Source: Schmidtea polychroa
Lineage: Eukaryota
DNA: 64,000 bases
Reading direction: 5' to 3'
Assembly (NCBI GenBank): GCA_044892525.1
Contig: CM097885.1
Span: forward strand, 23,810,001-23,874,000
Below the pieces are notes generated by a model. It did not search any database and was not told where the DNA came from. It saw nothing but the letters and a program-made list of their open reading frames with translations. The translations under genes and the position numbers were made by a program. Shown one piece after another: positions 38,274 to 54,077 of this stretch (position 1 is its first letter; each line of letters begins with the position of its first letter).

Positions 38274-39179
38274 TTAATATTTTGGTAAAATAATTTTGAC
38301 ATTTTTGTGCAGAATCTTAGAAAAGGAGGCGATATTCGATTTTGACAATCCAATTGAATCTGCTAGCAATTTTGCGTCTACGTCGACATTTTTTAAGTCA
38401 CAGACCAATTGAATGCAACATACCGCAATCAAAACGCTTCCTTTAATGCGAAATTCACTAATTTCACTTACATTTTTTACTGCTTCTTTTACAAGCTTTT
38501 CTATTTTGAAATCCGTCACGTCTAAATAATATAAAAATCTGCCAACGAGTAAATCTGGCTTGATTTCACGCGTTGGTCGTTTCAATGCAGTTTGGATAAG
38601 TTTTAATAACTTTTTGAATTTCTTTTCATCAACCAGTGGACATTCGTTTAATATTTCTTTCGGCAGTCTCGGAACTTCATTGTCTACGCAAGCCAAATAT
38701 AGACATACGCAATTCAAGGTCGCTTTGTTTCGCTTGACACAGGCCTCTGATTTTGTAATTTCATGGAGTAGAGATACAGCTCGCGAATAAACATTTCTAT
38801 CTACTTTTATTCTTTCACACAAATCTGCGATTTGTCGTTTCTGGGACGCCAATGACACTTCTTTGCTACTCTTAGTTGAAAGGAATTTAAATTTCGAATT
38901 TCCATTTTCATCTAGAAATCTGAGGTTAAAACCTGTTTGAACGGCAGTCGATGTTTGTCCATCTGTTTCTGACGTTTCCACCTCTCCGACTCGACAAGCG
39001 TCATGTCCATCCGTTCCATCGGATGCGAATGTTCTCCATTCACTAGAAGGATCAATCGCCCGTTCAACTACAACCAGACCACAAGCGGAACATATCATAT
39101 CTCCAGTTCGACAATCAGTTATTAGAACTCTATTTGGATGATATTTACAATGAACCATTTTCATATTTTCATTATTCAT
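38274..39179 (-). CDS. TFIIB: Transcription initiation factor IIB-like, intronless, copy 1
   Basis: Zn ribbon CKYHP-x-CSACGLVV, B-reader IDPSSEWRTF...DACRVG, two divergent cyclin-like repeats (CLYLAC...VPRLPKEI). Confidence 0.93.
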   Translation of the reverse strand: MNNENMKMVHCKYHPNRVLITDCRTGDMICSACGLVVVERAIDPSSEWRTFASDGTDGHDACRVGEVETSETDGQTSTAVQTGFNLRFLDENGNSKFKFLSTKSSKEVSLASQKRQIADLCERIKVDRNVYSRAVSLLHEITKSEACVKRNKATLNCVCLYLACVDNEVPRLPKEILNECPLVDEKKFKKLLKLIQTALKRPTREIKPDLLVGRFLYYLDVTDFKIEKLVKEAVKNVSEISEFRIKGSVLIAVCCIQLVCDLKNVDVDAKLLADSIGLSKSNIASFSKILHKNVKIILPKY

Positions 39180-39739
39180 TTTATTTGTTTAATAATTATA
39201 TAAATTAATTAATTAATTAAGCAAATTATTTATATATTATTATTTATTTAATTCTTCATTGGTTAAAAGTAATTGTTAATCTAAAAAATGCTAAAATATT
39301 TTTATATTTAATGTTTTGTGTAAGGTTTTCCGATGAGACAAATGAAAATCGAAACCTCCCTCTCAATTAATGCACATCTGTAATCAGCAAATGTAATAAT
39401 TGTAATAATAAATTCGAAATTATTTCGCTGTTTTTTCAAATATGTAAAACTATTTTCTTCTGATTTAAATTTTATTTGAATTTGGACAGTTTCATATTTG
39501 TGAAAAATAGGGCTGGAATAGCTGTACTGACCTCATGGAAATGTATTTTCCTTATAATTTCGTTTATAGTGTTGATTATCATAGGAATCTATGTAATGTA
39601 TTGACAAAAAAAGATTTTGAAAGTAATTAAATGATAAATTATTATATTTTTACATAAATTTATGTAATTAAATTTTCTTTAGTTTGTTTTATTTTTTTAT
39701 TTATTATTTTAAAATTCTTTAATTAATCTTACTCGAGGA

Positions 39740-40200
39740 AAACTCTCAGCACATACTATCAACATCTTTGCTGTTATTTTCTCTTTGGTGAATTCTTTAT
39801 TCTCAAACAACCTGTCAACAAGGTCCTACACTTTTTTAAAATATGTTTCAATCTCTTCGCCTCTTCTTTTATAATTCAATAAACTTTCCATATCCTTTAT
39901 TACGTCCCTTTCGTAATCAAATGCCATTCGTAACCTGGCTTGAAATCCTTCTGCTTTTTTAACTGTTTTCGCATATTTCTCCAATAGATCCTCGTCGATC
40001 ATGCATGCGGTGAATCTTTCTTGTTCTTTTTTATTGATGCCTTTAGCATCGAATTAGATCTTGGATCTTCTGATGAATTTTTCCAAGTCATCACCTTGAC
40101 AGAACACTTTTGGCAATAATCTTTCGTTAATCGCGTCGGTGTTTACCGCTGCCACCATATCAGGATTCTCATCCGTTTTTAAATCACTAAATAATTCCAT
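39740..40200 (-). pseudogene. LTR-retrotransposon Gag-like N-terminal fragment (unit 1; also 47647-48107 and 55544-56004)
   Basis: MELFSDL...LLPKVFCQGDDLEKFIRRSKI*FDAKGINKKEQERFTACMIDEDLLEKY...LRMAF...LLNYKRRGEEIETYFKKV*. Shows a PxxF..GDD.xxF Gag-like start and a major-homology-region-like segment; two stops. Confidence 0.6.
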
Positions 40201-43200
40201 AAATTTTATTTAATAAAAGATATCTCAATTCGGTAAAGTATATCTATAAAATAAAAATTTAATAAAAAAATATTATAATTTAAATGATATATTTTAATAA
40301 ATGTTTACGCAAAAATTTGCAAATCATTATTATTTATTACAATGAATATTTTCAAAATTTTATTTACTAAAAAATAAAAATTTACTAAATTAAAAATAAT
40401 AACATTTACTTAAATAAAAAATTATATTAAATTTCCTTTAAATTATAAAAAGGAATCAATACTTACATTGTAAATTTTTATTTCAATTTATTGACATAAT
40501 TTTTCTCTTTATTCGTATTACCTAAATTATCAATTAATTAAATCAATAAATTAAAAATTATGTTTACTTTTTCTTTTCAAATTTCCTTTAATCTTCGATT
40601 TCAAATTGTCTTCATTAATATTATGTAACTAAATAAATTATTTAATTAATCAATAAATTAAAATTTACCAAATTTCTGAATTTTTTTCTCGGACATTCAT
40701 AACGTTTTCTATTAGAGAATTCATTTTTAAAGTTAAATATTTGTAAAATGTGACTAATGATAGATTATTGTTTATAGACTGAAGATAATAAACAGGAACA
40801 AATTCTAACCAATCAAAATCAAGGAAAGGTAGGAAAAATATGTATATATATATATATATATTACGTTGCGGTATTTTAAAATTTAAATTTATTTTAAAAA
40901 TCCATTTTGACGCTAAAGTCGATTTATATAACAAAGACATAATATACTCATTATTTCCTACAAATATTTCACCCATCAAATACCTACCTAGAGATGATAT
41001 ATATTGATTGATCATAATAGCAAACTAAATCACAAATTTCAGTATATCTTACAATAATTTTCAAGTAAATTTGAAGTCCTTGATAAAGTTAACTGGTTTC
41101 TTAGCTTATGTATTTTTAAAAGTTCATCAATGTGTAAATGAAAATATTCATAGAAAAGTATTGAAAAGATTATTGAGTCAAGTGCAATACAAAGTCATCT
41201 AAAATTAAACCTATTACTTGATTATTAACCTAACAGTCATTAAAAAAATTAATTTTTTTTTAAAATTTAGCAAATTATCAAGAAATTCAATTAAAATCAC
41301 CATTAAAACTTTAAATATTTAATCAATCAACATGAAATTCTTAGAAATTATACAAAAAACTACTTAGTCAAATTCAATTACATTACAAAGTCATATCCTA
41401 TCACTTGATAATTAACCTAACTGTCATTAAAAATAATTTTTATTTAAAATTAAAAATCAATCAATAAAAATGCATCCAATTATCAAGAAATTAATTAAAT
41501 TTATCTTAGAACTAACTTTGAATTTTTAAATATTCATTCAATCCACATGAAATTCACGAAAATGATAAAAATTCTCAAAAACCATCAACTCTAAAAAAAT
41601 TACTAATGAATAGACACCAAAATTTATCTAAATAATCTTTCAAAATAATTCATTAAAATTGAAGACAACACGCTGGAATTTGTCATTACATTCAATTAAA
41701 ATTAACTAAATCAAGATATGAACTTTGATAAAAAATATTATTGTAAAATGGTTAGAATTAACACTGTAGTGTTCTTTAAATCTAATTAACTTAGTCATAA
41801 TTTTCTTTAATTATTACTACTAATTCTCATCATCTTTCAAAATTTATTACTTAATTTAAAATTAAATCCTTTAATTTTCTTAATTTTAAATTTTAGCATT
41901 TAATTACTTTTTTTAAATATATCTCTTATTATTATTTCATAAAAAATCTATTTAAATTTATCATTGAAAATTATTTCAAAAAGATTTGCATCTGAAATTG
42001 TCAATTCTCATCGTTGATAGTTTTTCAAAATATCTGACAATAAATTATTACTGTAATTTTAAAATTTTTACTTTAATTTACTTAATTTAAAAGTATTACT
42101 ATAATTTAAAAATTTTAATTTAATTCTAGACCTTTGAATACTCAAGTAAAAAAATTTTTAAACCTAAATTTACCTATTTATCATTAATTTACTTTAATTT
42201 AACCCTTGTTTACCAAATATAGAAGTTTAAAATATAGACCATTGATTACTTTAATTTAAAAATGTATCCCTTAATTTACATTATTTCCATCTAAAATTTA
42301 TTCATAAAAAATATTTATATAAAATTGTCATAGAAAAATATTTTATAAAAGTTTTCATTTTAAATTTTCATTTCTCATCAGATGATAGTTATTCAAAATA
42401 TCTGACAATAAATTATTAATTTAATTTAAAATTTTACATTAATTTACTTTACTTTAAAATTTTGAACTAAATTACTTTAATTTAAAACTTAACCTTAATT
42501 CACCTATTTATTTTAATTTACTTAATTTTAAAATTTGGTCCTTAAATTACTAATTTGAACCCATATTTTACTTAAGTTTAAAAATTAAGAACTTAATTTA
42601 AAATTTTCGACCATAATTAACCTATTTATCATTAATTTACTTTAGTTTAATTTTTGATCCTTGATTAATTCAATATAAAAATTTAGACCCTTAATTTAAT
42701 TTAATTGAAAATATTAGACCTTAATTTGCTTATTTATCCTTAATTTATTTAAGTTTAAAAATATAGACTTTTTTAAATTTACTTTAATTTAAAATTTAAC
42801 CATTAATTTACAAATTGAAAATTTTAGACCTTAATTTACTTAATTGAAAATTTTAGACCATAATTTTCATGTAAAAATGTCATTGAAAAAATTTATATTG
42901 TTAGATAATTTTAAATATATTGTTAGATAATTTTTAAATATATTTCTAGATAATTTTAAATATATTTTAGAATAACTCAGTAATTGGTCTCAATAAGAAT
43001 TAATTCTCAATGAGAATTAAGAAAAAGGAAATAAAAGAAAGAAAGAAATGTATTTTCGGGAAGAAGATTGCAAAGTTCCAGGAGATTGACAAAGACTATC
43101 TTATAGTCAAAATGTTTTTTCATTAAAAACATTATTTGCAGCTAAAGGTTTAAATTATCACTTTATTGTTTTAAATAATATTTTGAAAATAATAATAATA

Positions 43201-43598
43201 ACAGTAATAATAATAGTAATAAGATCTTTGTTCTATTGGAGTCCTGTTTTATGAGTCATTGTCTTTGTTCTAAAAAAGATGAGTCATCGATGAGTCATTG
43301 TCTTTGGTAAAGTGTCTATATGTCTTTCTTTAAAAATGATGAGTCATTGACTTTGTTTTGGAGCGTTTAACTAGTACTTTATATTGTTTTAGAAGTCTTG
43401 TCCTTTTTTTTTGCATTCCTGTGGATGCTGCTGTGTGAGTTGTATGACTTAAATTGACAAAAAATTGATTTGAACTGCTATATTCCAAATTATCAGTCGA
43501 CAAACCTGCACCGCTTCACCATGCGCAGTGCTTGTGTAGAAATATATTTACCATTTCAAGAGACCAATCGAAATCAAGGAAAGAATATGAAATATATG

Positions 43599-43641
<43 letters not shown>

Positions 43642-44012
43642 GTCTTTTAAAACTTAAATATATTGTACAAACACATTTTAAACGTTAATGTTGACTTATT
43701 TAACAAAGACATAATAAAACTAAAATTATTAAATTAAAGATGCAATAATTAAACCAAAATACATGACATACAGAATACATTAGATATTTGATGGACAAAT
43801 CTACTAGAAAATTATAATTATTCATTGATGTAGTAATCAACAAAAAAACAAAATAGAGAAAAATTCAATAATTAAAATAAAACAAGAGTGCAAATAAAAT
43901 TATATATTGGATTTTTTGGACCGACTTTTATTTTAGATTTTTAAGGAAGGTGGAGGAAATTGCTACCACAGTTGTGATTTCTAGTCACTATTCTAGTCTG
44001 CGGTACAGAAAT

Positions 44013-44301
44013 CACCTGATTTGTATGATGTTCGGTGGTTTATGGATGTCCCAGGTAATTTAAACCCCTTTGCTTTAACTGTTTCCTTACTGCCTAAAAG
44101 ACTATAACATTTCGGGCGTAAGAAAACCCATTCAGAATATCCTAATCCATTTCACTCATCTTTAAACTTCCCGATGACTGAGTCAAGGTTTCTATTATAC
44201 AAGGGGTGTGTTGGATCATAGTTCGATGTAACCAATAAATTATCTGAGATCGTCTGAGGTAATAATATTGATAATTTAAGATTTTTAATTTCGAGAAATG
44301 C
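44013..44301 (-). pseudogene. Polinton-type PolB C-terminal fragment (unit 2)
   Basis: Same sequence as 36241-36529. Confidence 0.88.
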
Positions 44302-45389
44302 TAAATATTTTACTCAATTACCTTTTGCTAAATATTATTTTAAATGACTAAAAATGACAAAGTTAACCAATAAATTAGTCGCTCGAAATAGGAATATTAA
44401 CGAAATATATTACATAAATGGAAATATTTCTCACTAAATTACCTAAGAATTTCTAACTAATATATATGTGCCTTAATTAATATACCGTTGCGACCAATAC
44501 CTTTACGACAAATACCGATAGGGGGACAAAATATCTTTGCGGATAAATATATATATATATATATAAAAGAACTTACAATATGCTATGATCTTTATTGATT
44601 AATTTGTTATATATATCAAGAGACTGATATTCATAAATTAACTAAAATTACTCAAATATATTATATTACCTAAATGTTTTTACTTAATGATACATTAAAT
44701 GATCTTGTTTTTTTAATATACCTATGAGTCAATTTCTAAAATAATCATGTTTTTTATCATGCATTATTTGAATATAAATTTGCTGAATGTGAAATGAACA
44801 AGTTTCTTGTTAAATTTCGTAAGAATTTAATAATTAATGATATTTTGCAGAAAGGTATATAAAATCTCTATGAATGTTTTCGTCAAAATAAATTAGTTCC
44901 TAAAAAACTCACAAAGAATTGCCCTATAAATTTTATTCGAAACTACCCCCAATTAAATGTTTTGTTGTTTTATTATTTTCACAAGTTTATTATTATTATT
45001 TTTTTAAATCGGCATTAATTGAGAAGGAGATTTCGATTTCCACTTGTCTCATTGGAAAACCTTATAAAACAGGACTACACTAGAACAAAGATGTTATTAT
45101 GATTAATATTATTAATATTATTGTTATTATTACTATTATTATTATTATTTTCAAGATATTATTTATCAAAATAATATTATCAATATTAATATTATTATTA
45201 TTATTACTATTATTATTATAAAGTGATGATTTCTTGGTAGGAGCATTTATTATTTAAAACAATCATTTAAGCGTTTTGGTGCAAATAATGTATTTAATGA
45301 AAAAGATTTTCAACCTCTTGGAATTTTCTTCCCGAAAATACATTTCTATCTTTCTTTTATTTTCTTTTTCTTAATTCTCATTGAGACCA

Positions 45390-45503
<114 letters not shown>

Positions 45504-45684
45504 GTTATTATTATCACAAAGGTACTTTTCACACCCAACATGTCTGAAAGGGTATATTATTACAAAGTATTATTAAATTCTGACCAATTAAAATCAATGA
45601 AGTGGAAGGACAAAAATAAATTACGTTGCGGTGTTTTAAAACTTAAATATATTATTAAAACATATTTTGACGCCATTTTCATCA

Positions 45685-45741
<57 letters not shown>

Positions 45742-46180
45742 CCGAATTTTATGTCTGGTACAAATATTGTGGATTAAATTTATTTTAAAAATTGAGACAT
45801 CCGAACTCAGATATAAGAGAAGTAAAAATTAAAAAAAATATAAAACAAAAATAAAATAATATTCAGAGTAAATATAAAAGTCAAATTAAAAATCTAAATT
45901 TAATATAATTTATAACAATTAAAATTTTGGTAAAATAGTTTTGACATTTTTGTGCAGATAATAAAAATAAACTTTCAAATAAACTTTCAGTTATTTATTT
46001 GTTAAAACAAATTAAATAAAATTAAATCTGTGGCTGTTTTTTATGGGAAGTAATGAAGAAGTAATTAAAATTTTGTATTCTTAGTATAAATAAATAAAAT
46101 AACAGGAAACAAATAAAATAATAATCAATGTAAATATAAAAGTCAAATTATAAATCTAAATTTATTACATTTTATAAATA

Positions 46181-47086
46181 TTAATATTTTGGTAAAATAA
46201 TTTTGACATTTTTGTGCAGAATCTTAGAAAAGGAGGCGATATTCGATTTTGACAATCCAATTGAATCTGCTAGCAATTTTGCGTCTACGTCGACATTTTT
46301 CAAGTCACAGACCAATTGAATGCAACATACCGCAATCAAAACGCTTCCTTTAATGCGAAATTCACTAATTTCACTTACATTTTTTACTGCTTCTTTTACA
46401 AGCTTTTCTATTTTGAAATCCGTCACGTCTAAATAATATAAAAATCTGCCAACGAGTAAATCTGGCTTGATTTCACGCGTTGGTCGTTTCAATGCAGTTT
46501 GGATAAGTTTTAATAACTTTTTGAATTTCTTTTCATCAACCAGTGGACATTCGTTTAATATTTCTTTCGGCAGTCTCGGAACTTCATTGTCTACGCAAGC
46601 CAAATATAGACATACGCAATTCAAGTTCGCTTTGTTTCGCTTGACACAGGCCTCTGATTTTGTAATTTCATGGAGTAGAGATACAGCTCGCGAATAAACA
46701 TTTCTATCTACTTTTATTCTTTCACACAAATCTGCGATTTGTCGTTTCTGGGACGCCAATGACACTTCTTTGCTACTCTTAGTTGAAAGGAATTTAAATT
46801 TCGAATTTCCATTTTCATCTAGAAATCTGAGGTTAAAACCTGTTTGAACGGCAGTCGATGTTTGTCCATCTGTTTCTGACGTTTCCACCTCTCCAACTCG
46901 ACAAGCGTCATGTCCATCCGTTCCATCGGATGCGAATGTTCTCCATTCACTAGAAGGATCAATCGCCCGTTCAACTACAACCAGACCACAAGCGGAACAT
47001 ATCATATCTCCAGTTCGACAATCAGTTATTAGAACTCTATTTGGATGATATTTACAATGAACCATTTTCATATTGTCATTATTCAT
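46181..47086 (-). CDS. TFIIB: Transcription initiation factor IIB-like, intronless, copy 2
   Basis: As copy 1. Differs by E4D and KATL->KANL. Confidence 0.93.
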   Translation of the reverse strand: MNNDNMKMVHCKYHPNRVLITDCRTGDMICSACGLVVVERAIDPSSEWRTFASDGTDGHDACRVGEVETSETDGQTSTAVQTGFNLRFLDENGNSKFKFLSTKSSKEVSLASQKRQIADLCERIKVDRNVYSRAVSLLHEITKSEACVKRNKANLNCVCLYLACVDNEVPRLPKEILNECPLVDEKKFKKLLKLIQTALKRPTREIKPDLLVGRFLYYLDVTDFKIEKLVKEAVKNVSEISEFRIKGSVLIAVCCIQLVCDLKNVDVDAKLLADSIGLSKSNIASFSKILHKNVKIILPKY

Positions 47087-50000
47087 TTTATTTGTTTAAT
47101 AATTATATAAATTAATTAATTAATTAAGCAAATTATTTATATATTATTATTTATTTAATTCTTCATTGGTTAAAAGTAATTGTTAATCTAAAAAATGCTA
47201 AAATATTTTTATATTTAATGTTTTGTGTAAGGTTTTCCGATGAGACAAATGAAAATCGAAACCTCCCTCTCAATTAATGCACATCTGTAATCAGCAAATG
47301 TAATAATTGTAATAATAAATTCGAAATTATTTCGCTGTTTTTTCAAATATGTAAAACTATTTTCTTCTGATTTAAATTTTATTTGAATTTGGACAGTTTC
47401 ATATTTGTGAAAAATAGGGCTGGAATAGCTGTACTGACCTCATGGAAATGTATTTTCCTTATAATTTCGTTTATAGTGTTGATTATCATAGGAATCTATG
47501 TAATGTATTGACAAAAAAAGATTTTGAAAGTAATTAAATGATAAATTATTATATTTTTACATAAATTTATGTAATTAAATTTTCTTTAGTTTGTTTTATT
47601 TTTTTATTTATTATTTTAAAATTCTTTAATTAATCTTACTCGAGGAAAACTCTCAGCACATACTATCAACATCTTTGCTGTTATTTTCTCTTTGGTGAAT
47701 TCTTTATTCTCAAACAACCTGTCAACAAGGTCCTACACTTTTTTAAAATATGTTTCAATCTCTTCGCCTCTTCTTTTATAATTCAATAAACTTTCCATAT
47801 CCTTTATTACGTCCCTTTCGTAATGAAATGCCATTCGTAACCTGGCTTGAAATCCTTCTGCTTTTTTAACTGTTTTCGCATATTTCTCCAATAGATCCTC
47901 GTCGATCATGCATGCGGTGAATCTTTCTTGTTCTTTTTTATTGATGCCTTTAGCATCGAATTAGATCTTGGATCTTCTGATGAATTTTTCCAAGTCATCA
48001 CCTTGACAGAACACTTTTGGCAATAATCTTTCGTTAATCGCGTCGGTGTTTACCGCTGCCACCATATCAGGATTCTCATCCGTTTTTAAATCACTAAATA
48101 ATTCCATAAATTTTATTTAATAAAAGATATCTCAATTCGGGTAAAGTATATCTATAAAATAAAAATTTAATAAAAAAATATTATAATTTAAATGATATAT
48201 TTTAATAAATGTTTACGCAAAAATTTGCAAATCATTATTATTTATTACAATGAATATTTTCAAAATTTTATTTACTAAAAAATAAAAATTTACTAAATTA
48301 AAAATAATAACATTTACTTAAATAAAAAATTATATTAAATTTCCTTTAAATTATAAAAAGGAATCAATACTTACATTGTAAATTTTTATTTCAATTTATT
48401 GACATAATTTTTCTCTTTATTCGTATTACCTAAATTATCAATTAATTAAATCAATAAATTAAAAATTATGTTTACTTTTTCTTTTCAAATTTCCTTTAAT
48501 CTTCGATTTCAAATTGTCTTCATTAATATTATGTAACTAAATAAATTATTTAATTAATCAATAAATTAAAATTTACCAAATTTCTGAATTTTTTTCTCGG
48601 ACATTCATAACGTTTTCTATTAGAGAATTCATTTTTAAAGTTAAATATTTGTAAAATGTGACTAATGATAGATTATTGTTTATAGACTGAAGATAATAAA
48701 CAGGAACAAATTCTAACCAATCAAAATCAAGGAAAGGTAGGAAAAATATGTATATATATATATATATATTACGTTGCGGTATTTTAAAATTTAAATTTAT
48801 TTTAAAAATCCATTTTGACGCTAAAGTCGATTTATATAACAAAGACATAATATACTCATTATTTCCTACAAATATTTCACCCATCAAATACCTACCTAGA
48901 GATGATATATATTGATTGATCATAATAGCAAACTAAATCACAAATTTCAGTATATCTTACAATAATTTTCAAGTAAATTTGAAGTCCTTGATAAAGTTAA
49001 CTGGTTTCTTAGCTTATGTATTTTTAAAAGTTCATCAATGTGTAAATGAAAATATTCATAGAAAAGTATTGAAAAGATTATTGAGTCAAGTGCAATACAA
49101 AGTCATCTAAAATTAAACCTATTACTTGATTATTAACCTAACAGTCATTAAAAAAATTAATTTTTTTTTAAAATTTAGCAAATTATCAAGAAATTCAATT
49201 AAAATCACCATTAAAACTTTAAATATTTAATCAATCAACATGAAATTCTTAGAAATTATACAAAAAACTACTTAGTCAAATTCAATTACATTACAAAGTC
49301 ATATCCTATCACTTGATAATTAACCTAACTGTCATTAAAAATAATTTTTATTTAAAATTAAAAATCAATCAATAAAAATGCATCCAATTATCAAGAAATT
49401 AATTAAATTTATCTTAGAACTAACTTTGAATTTTTAAATATTCATTCAATCCACATGAAATTCACGAAAATGATAAAAATTCTCAAAAACCATCAACTCT
49501 AAAAAAATTACTAATGAATAGACACCAAAATTTATCTAAATAATCTTTCAAAATAATTCATTAAAATTGAAGACAACACGCTGGAATTTGTCATTACATT
49601 CAATTAAAATTAACTAAATCAAGATATGAACTTTGATAAAAAATATTATTGTAAAATGGTTAGAATTAACACTGTAGTGTTCTTTAAATCTAATTAACTT
49701 AGTCATAATTTTCTTTAATTATTACTACTAATTCTCATCATCTTTCAAAATTTATTACTTAATTTAAAATTAAATCCTTTAATTTTCTTAATTTTAAATT
49801 TTAGCATTTAATTACTTTTTTTAAATATATCTCTTATTATTATTTCATAAAAAATCTATTTAAATTTATCATTGAAAATTATTTCAAAAAGATTTGCATC
49901 TGAAATTGTCAATTCTCATCGTTGATAGTTTTTCAAAATATCTGACAATAAATTATTACTGTAATTTTAAAATTTTTACTTTAATTTACTTAATTTAAAA

Positions 50001-51504
50001 GTATTACTATAATTTAAAAATTTTAATTTAATTCTAGACCTTTGAATACTCAAGTAAAAAAATTTTTAAACCTAAATTTACCTATTTATCATTAATTTAC
50101 TTTAATTTAACCCTTGTTTACCAAATATAGAAGTTTAAAATATAGACCATTGATTACTTTAATTTAAAAATGTATCCCTTAATTTACATTATTTCCATCT
50201 AAAATTTATTCATAAAAAATATTTATATAAAATTGTCATAGAAAAATATTTTATAAAAGTTTTCATTTTAAATTTTCATTTCTCATCAGATGATAGTTAT
50301 TCAAAATATCTGACAATAAATTATTAATTTAATTTAAAATTTTACATTAATTTACTTTACTTTAAAATTTTGAACTAAATTACTTTAATTTAAAACTTAA
50401 CCTTAATTCACCTATTTATTTTAATTTACTTAATTTTAAAATTTGGTCCTTAAATTACTAATTTGAACCCATATTTTACTTAAGTTTAAAAATTAAGAAC
50501 TTAATTTAAAATTTTCGACCATAATTAACCTATTTATCATTAATTTACTTTAGTTTAATTTTTGATCCTTGATTAATTCAATATAAAAATTTAGACCCTT
50601 AATTTAATTTAATTGAAAATATTAGACCTTAATTTGCTTATTTATCCTTAATTTATTTAAGTTTAAAAATATAGACTTTTTTAAATTTACTTTAATTTAA
50701 AATTTAACCATTAATTTACAAATTGAAAATTTTAGACCTTAATTTACTTAATTGAAAATTTTAGACCATAATTTTCATGTAAAAATGTCATTGAAAAAAT
50801 TTATATTGTTAGATAATTTTAAATATATTGTTAGATAATTTTTAAATATATTTCTAGATAATTTTAAATATATTTTAGAATAACTCAGTAATTGGTCTCA
50901 ATAAGAATTAATTCTCAATGAGAATTAAGAAAAAGGAAATAAAAGAAAGAAAGAAATGTATTTTCGGGAAGAAGATTGCAAAGTTCCAGGAGATTGACAA
51001 AGACTATCTTATAGTCAAAATGTTTTTTCATTAAAAACATTATTTGCAGCTAAAGGTTTAAATTATCACTTTATTGTTTTAAATAATATTTTGAAAATAA
51101 TAATAATAACAGTAATAATAATAGTAATAAGATCTTTGTTCTATTGGAGTCCTGTTTTATGAGTCATTGTCTTTGTTCTAAAAAAGATGAGTCATCGATG
51201 AGTCATTGTCTTTGGTAAAGTGTCTATATGTCTTTCTTTAAAAATGATGAGTCATTGACTTTGTTTTGGAGCGTTTAACTAGTACTTTATATTGTTTTAG
51301 AAGTCTTGTCCTTTTTTTTTGCATTCCTGTGGATGCTGCTGTGTGAGTTGTATGACTTAAATTGACAAAAAATTGATTTGAACTGCTATATTCCAAATTA
51401 TCAGTCGACAAACCTGCACCGCTTCACCATGCGCAGTGCTTGTGTAGAAATATATTTACCATTTCAAGAGACCAATCGAAATCAAGGAAAGAATATGAAA
51501 TATA

Positions 51505-51546
<42 letters not shown>

Positions 51547-51917
51547 GTCTTTTAAAACTTAAATATATTGTACAAACACATTTTAAACGTTAATGTTGAC
51601 TTATTTAACAAAGACATAATAAAACTAAAATTATTAAATTAAAGATGCAATAATTAAACCAAAATACATGACATACAGAATACATTAGATATTTGATGGA
51701 CAAATCTACTAGAAAATTATAATTATTCATTGATGTAGTAATCAACAAAAAAACAAAATAGAGAAAAATTCAATAATTAAAATAAAACAAGAGTGCAAAT
51801 AAAATTATATATTGGATTTTTTGGACCGACTTTTATTTTAGATTTTTAAGGAAGGTGGAGGAAATTGCTACCACAGTTGTGATTTCTAGTCACTATTCTA
51901 GTCTGCGGTACAGAAAT

Positions 51918-52206
51918 CACCTGATTTGTATGATGTTCGGTGGTTTATGGATGTCCCAGGTAATTTAAACCCCTTTGCTTTAACTGTTTCCTTACTGCCT
52001 AAAAGACTATAACATTTCGGGCGTAAGAAAACCCATTCAGAATATCCTAATCCATTTCACTCATCTTTAAACTTCCCGATGACTGAGTCAAGGTTTCTAT
52101 TATACAAGGGGTGTGTTGGATCATAGTTCGATGTAACCAATAAATTATCTGAGATCGTCTGAGGTAATAATATTGATAATTTAAGATTTTTAATTTCGAG
52201 AAATGC
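51918..52206 (-). pseudogene. Polinton-type PolB C-terminal fragment (unit 3)
   Basis: Same sequence as 36241-36529. Confidence 0.88.
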
Positions 52207-53292
52207 TAAATATTTTACTCAATTACCTTTTGCTAAATATTATTTTAAATGACTAAAAATGACAAAGTTAACCAATAAATTAGTCGCTCGAAATAGGAAT
52301 ATTAACGAAATATATTACATAAATGGAAATATTTCTCACTAAATTACCTAAGAATTTCTAACTAATATATATGTGCCTTAATTAATATACCGTTGCGACC
52401 AATACCTTTACGACAAATACCGATAGGGGGACAAAATATCTTTGCGGATAAATATATATATATATATAAAAGAACTTACAATATGCTATGATCTTTATTG
52501 ATTAATTTGTTATATATATCAAGAGACTGATATTCATAAATTAACTAAAATTACTCAAATATATTATATTACCTAAATGTTTTTACTTAATGATACATTA
52601 AATGATCTTGTTTTTTTAATATACCTATGAGTCAATTTCTAAAATAATCATGTTTTTTATCATGCATTATTTGAATATAAATTTGCTGAATGTGAAATGA
52701 ACAAGTTTCTTGTTAAATTTCGTAAGAATTTAATAATTAATGATATTTTGCAGAAAGGTATATAAAATCTCTATGAATGTTTTCGTCAAAATAAATTAGT
52801 TCCTAAAAAACTCACAAAGAATTGCCCTATAAATTTTATTCGAAACTACCCCCAATTAAATGTTTTGTTGTTTTATTATTTTCACAAGTTTATTATTATT
52901 ATTTTTTTAAATCGGCATTAATTGAGAAGGAGATTTCGATTTCCACTTGTCTCATTGGAAAACCTTATAAAACAGGACTACACTAGAACAAAGATGTTAT
53001 TATGATTAATATTATTAATATTATTGTTATTATTACTATTATTATTATTATTTTCAAGATATTATTTATCAAAATAATATTATCAATATTAATATTATTA
53101 TTATTATTACTATTATTATTATAAAGTGATGATTTCTTGGTAGGAGCATTTATTATTTAAAACAATCATTTAAGCGTTTTGGTGCAAATAATGTATTTAA
53201 TGAAAAAGATTTTCAACCTCTTGGAATTTTCTTCCCGAAAATACATTTCTATCTTTCTTTTATTTTCTTTTTCTTAATTCTCATTGAGACCA

Positions 53293-53406
<114 letters not shown>

Positions 53407-53587
53407 GTTATTATTATCACAAAGGTACTTTTCACACCCAACATGTCTGAAAGGGTATATTATTACAAAGTATTATTAAATTCTGACCAATTAAAATCAA
53501 TGAAGTGGAAGGACAAAAATAAATTACGTTGCGGTGTTTTAAAACTTAAATATATTATTAAAACATATTTTGACGCCATTTTCATCA

Positions 53588-53638
<51 letters not shown>

Positions 53639-54077
53639 CCGAATTTTATGTCTGGTACAAATATTGTGGATTAAATTTATTTTAAAAATTGAGACATCCG
53701 AACTCAGATATAAGAGAAGTAAAAATTAAAAAAAATATAAAACAAAAATAAAATAATATTCAGAGTAAATATAAAAGTCAAATTAAAAATCTAAATTTAA
53801 TATAATTTATAACAATTAAAATTTTGGTAAAATAGTTTTGACATTTTTGTGCAGATAATAAAAATAAACTTTCAAATAAACTTTCAGTTATTTATTTGTT
53901 AAAACAAATTAAATAAAATTAAATCTGTGGCTGTTTTTTATGGGAAGTAATGAAGAAGTAATTAAAATTTTGTATTCTTAGTATAAATAAATAAAATAAC
54001 AGGAAACAAATAAAATAATAATCAATGTAAATATAAAAGTCAAATTATAAATCTAAATTTATTACATTTTATAAATA

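Noticed and set aside
40665..41015. 116-aa ORF repeated in array units
   Set aside because: It crosses an (AT)n tract and is frameshifted in unit 3 by repeat-length change; no recognisable motif.
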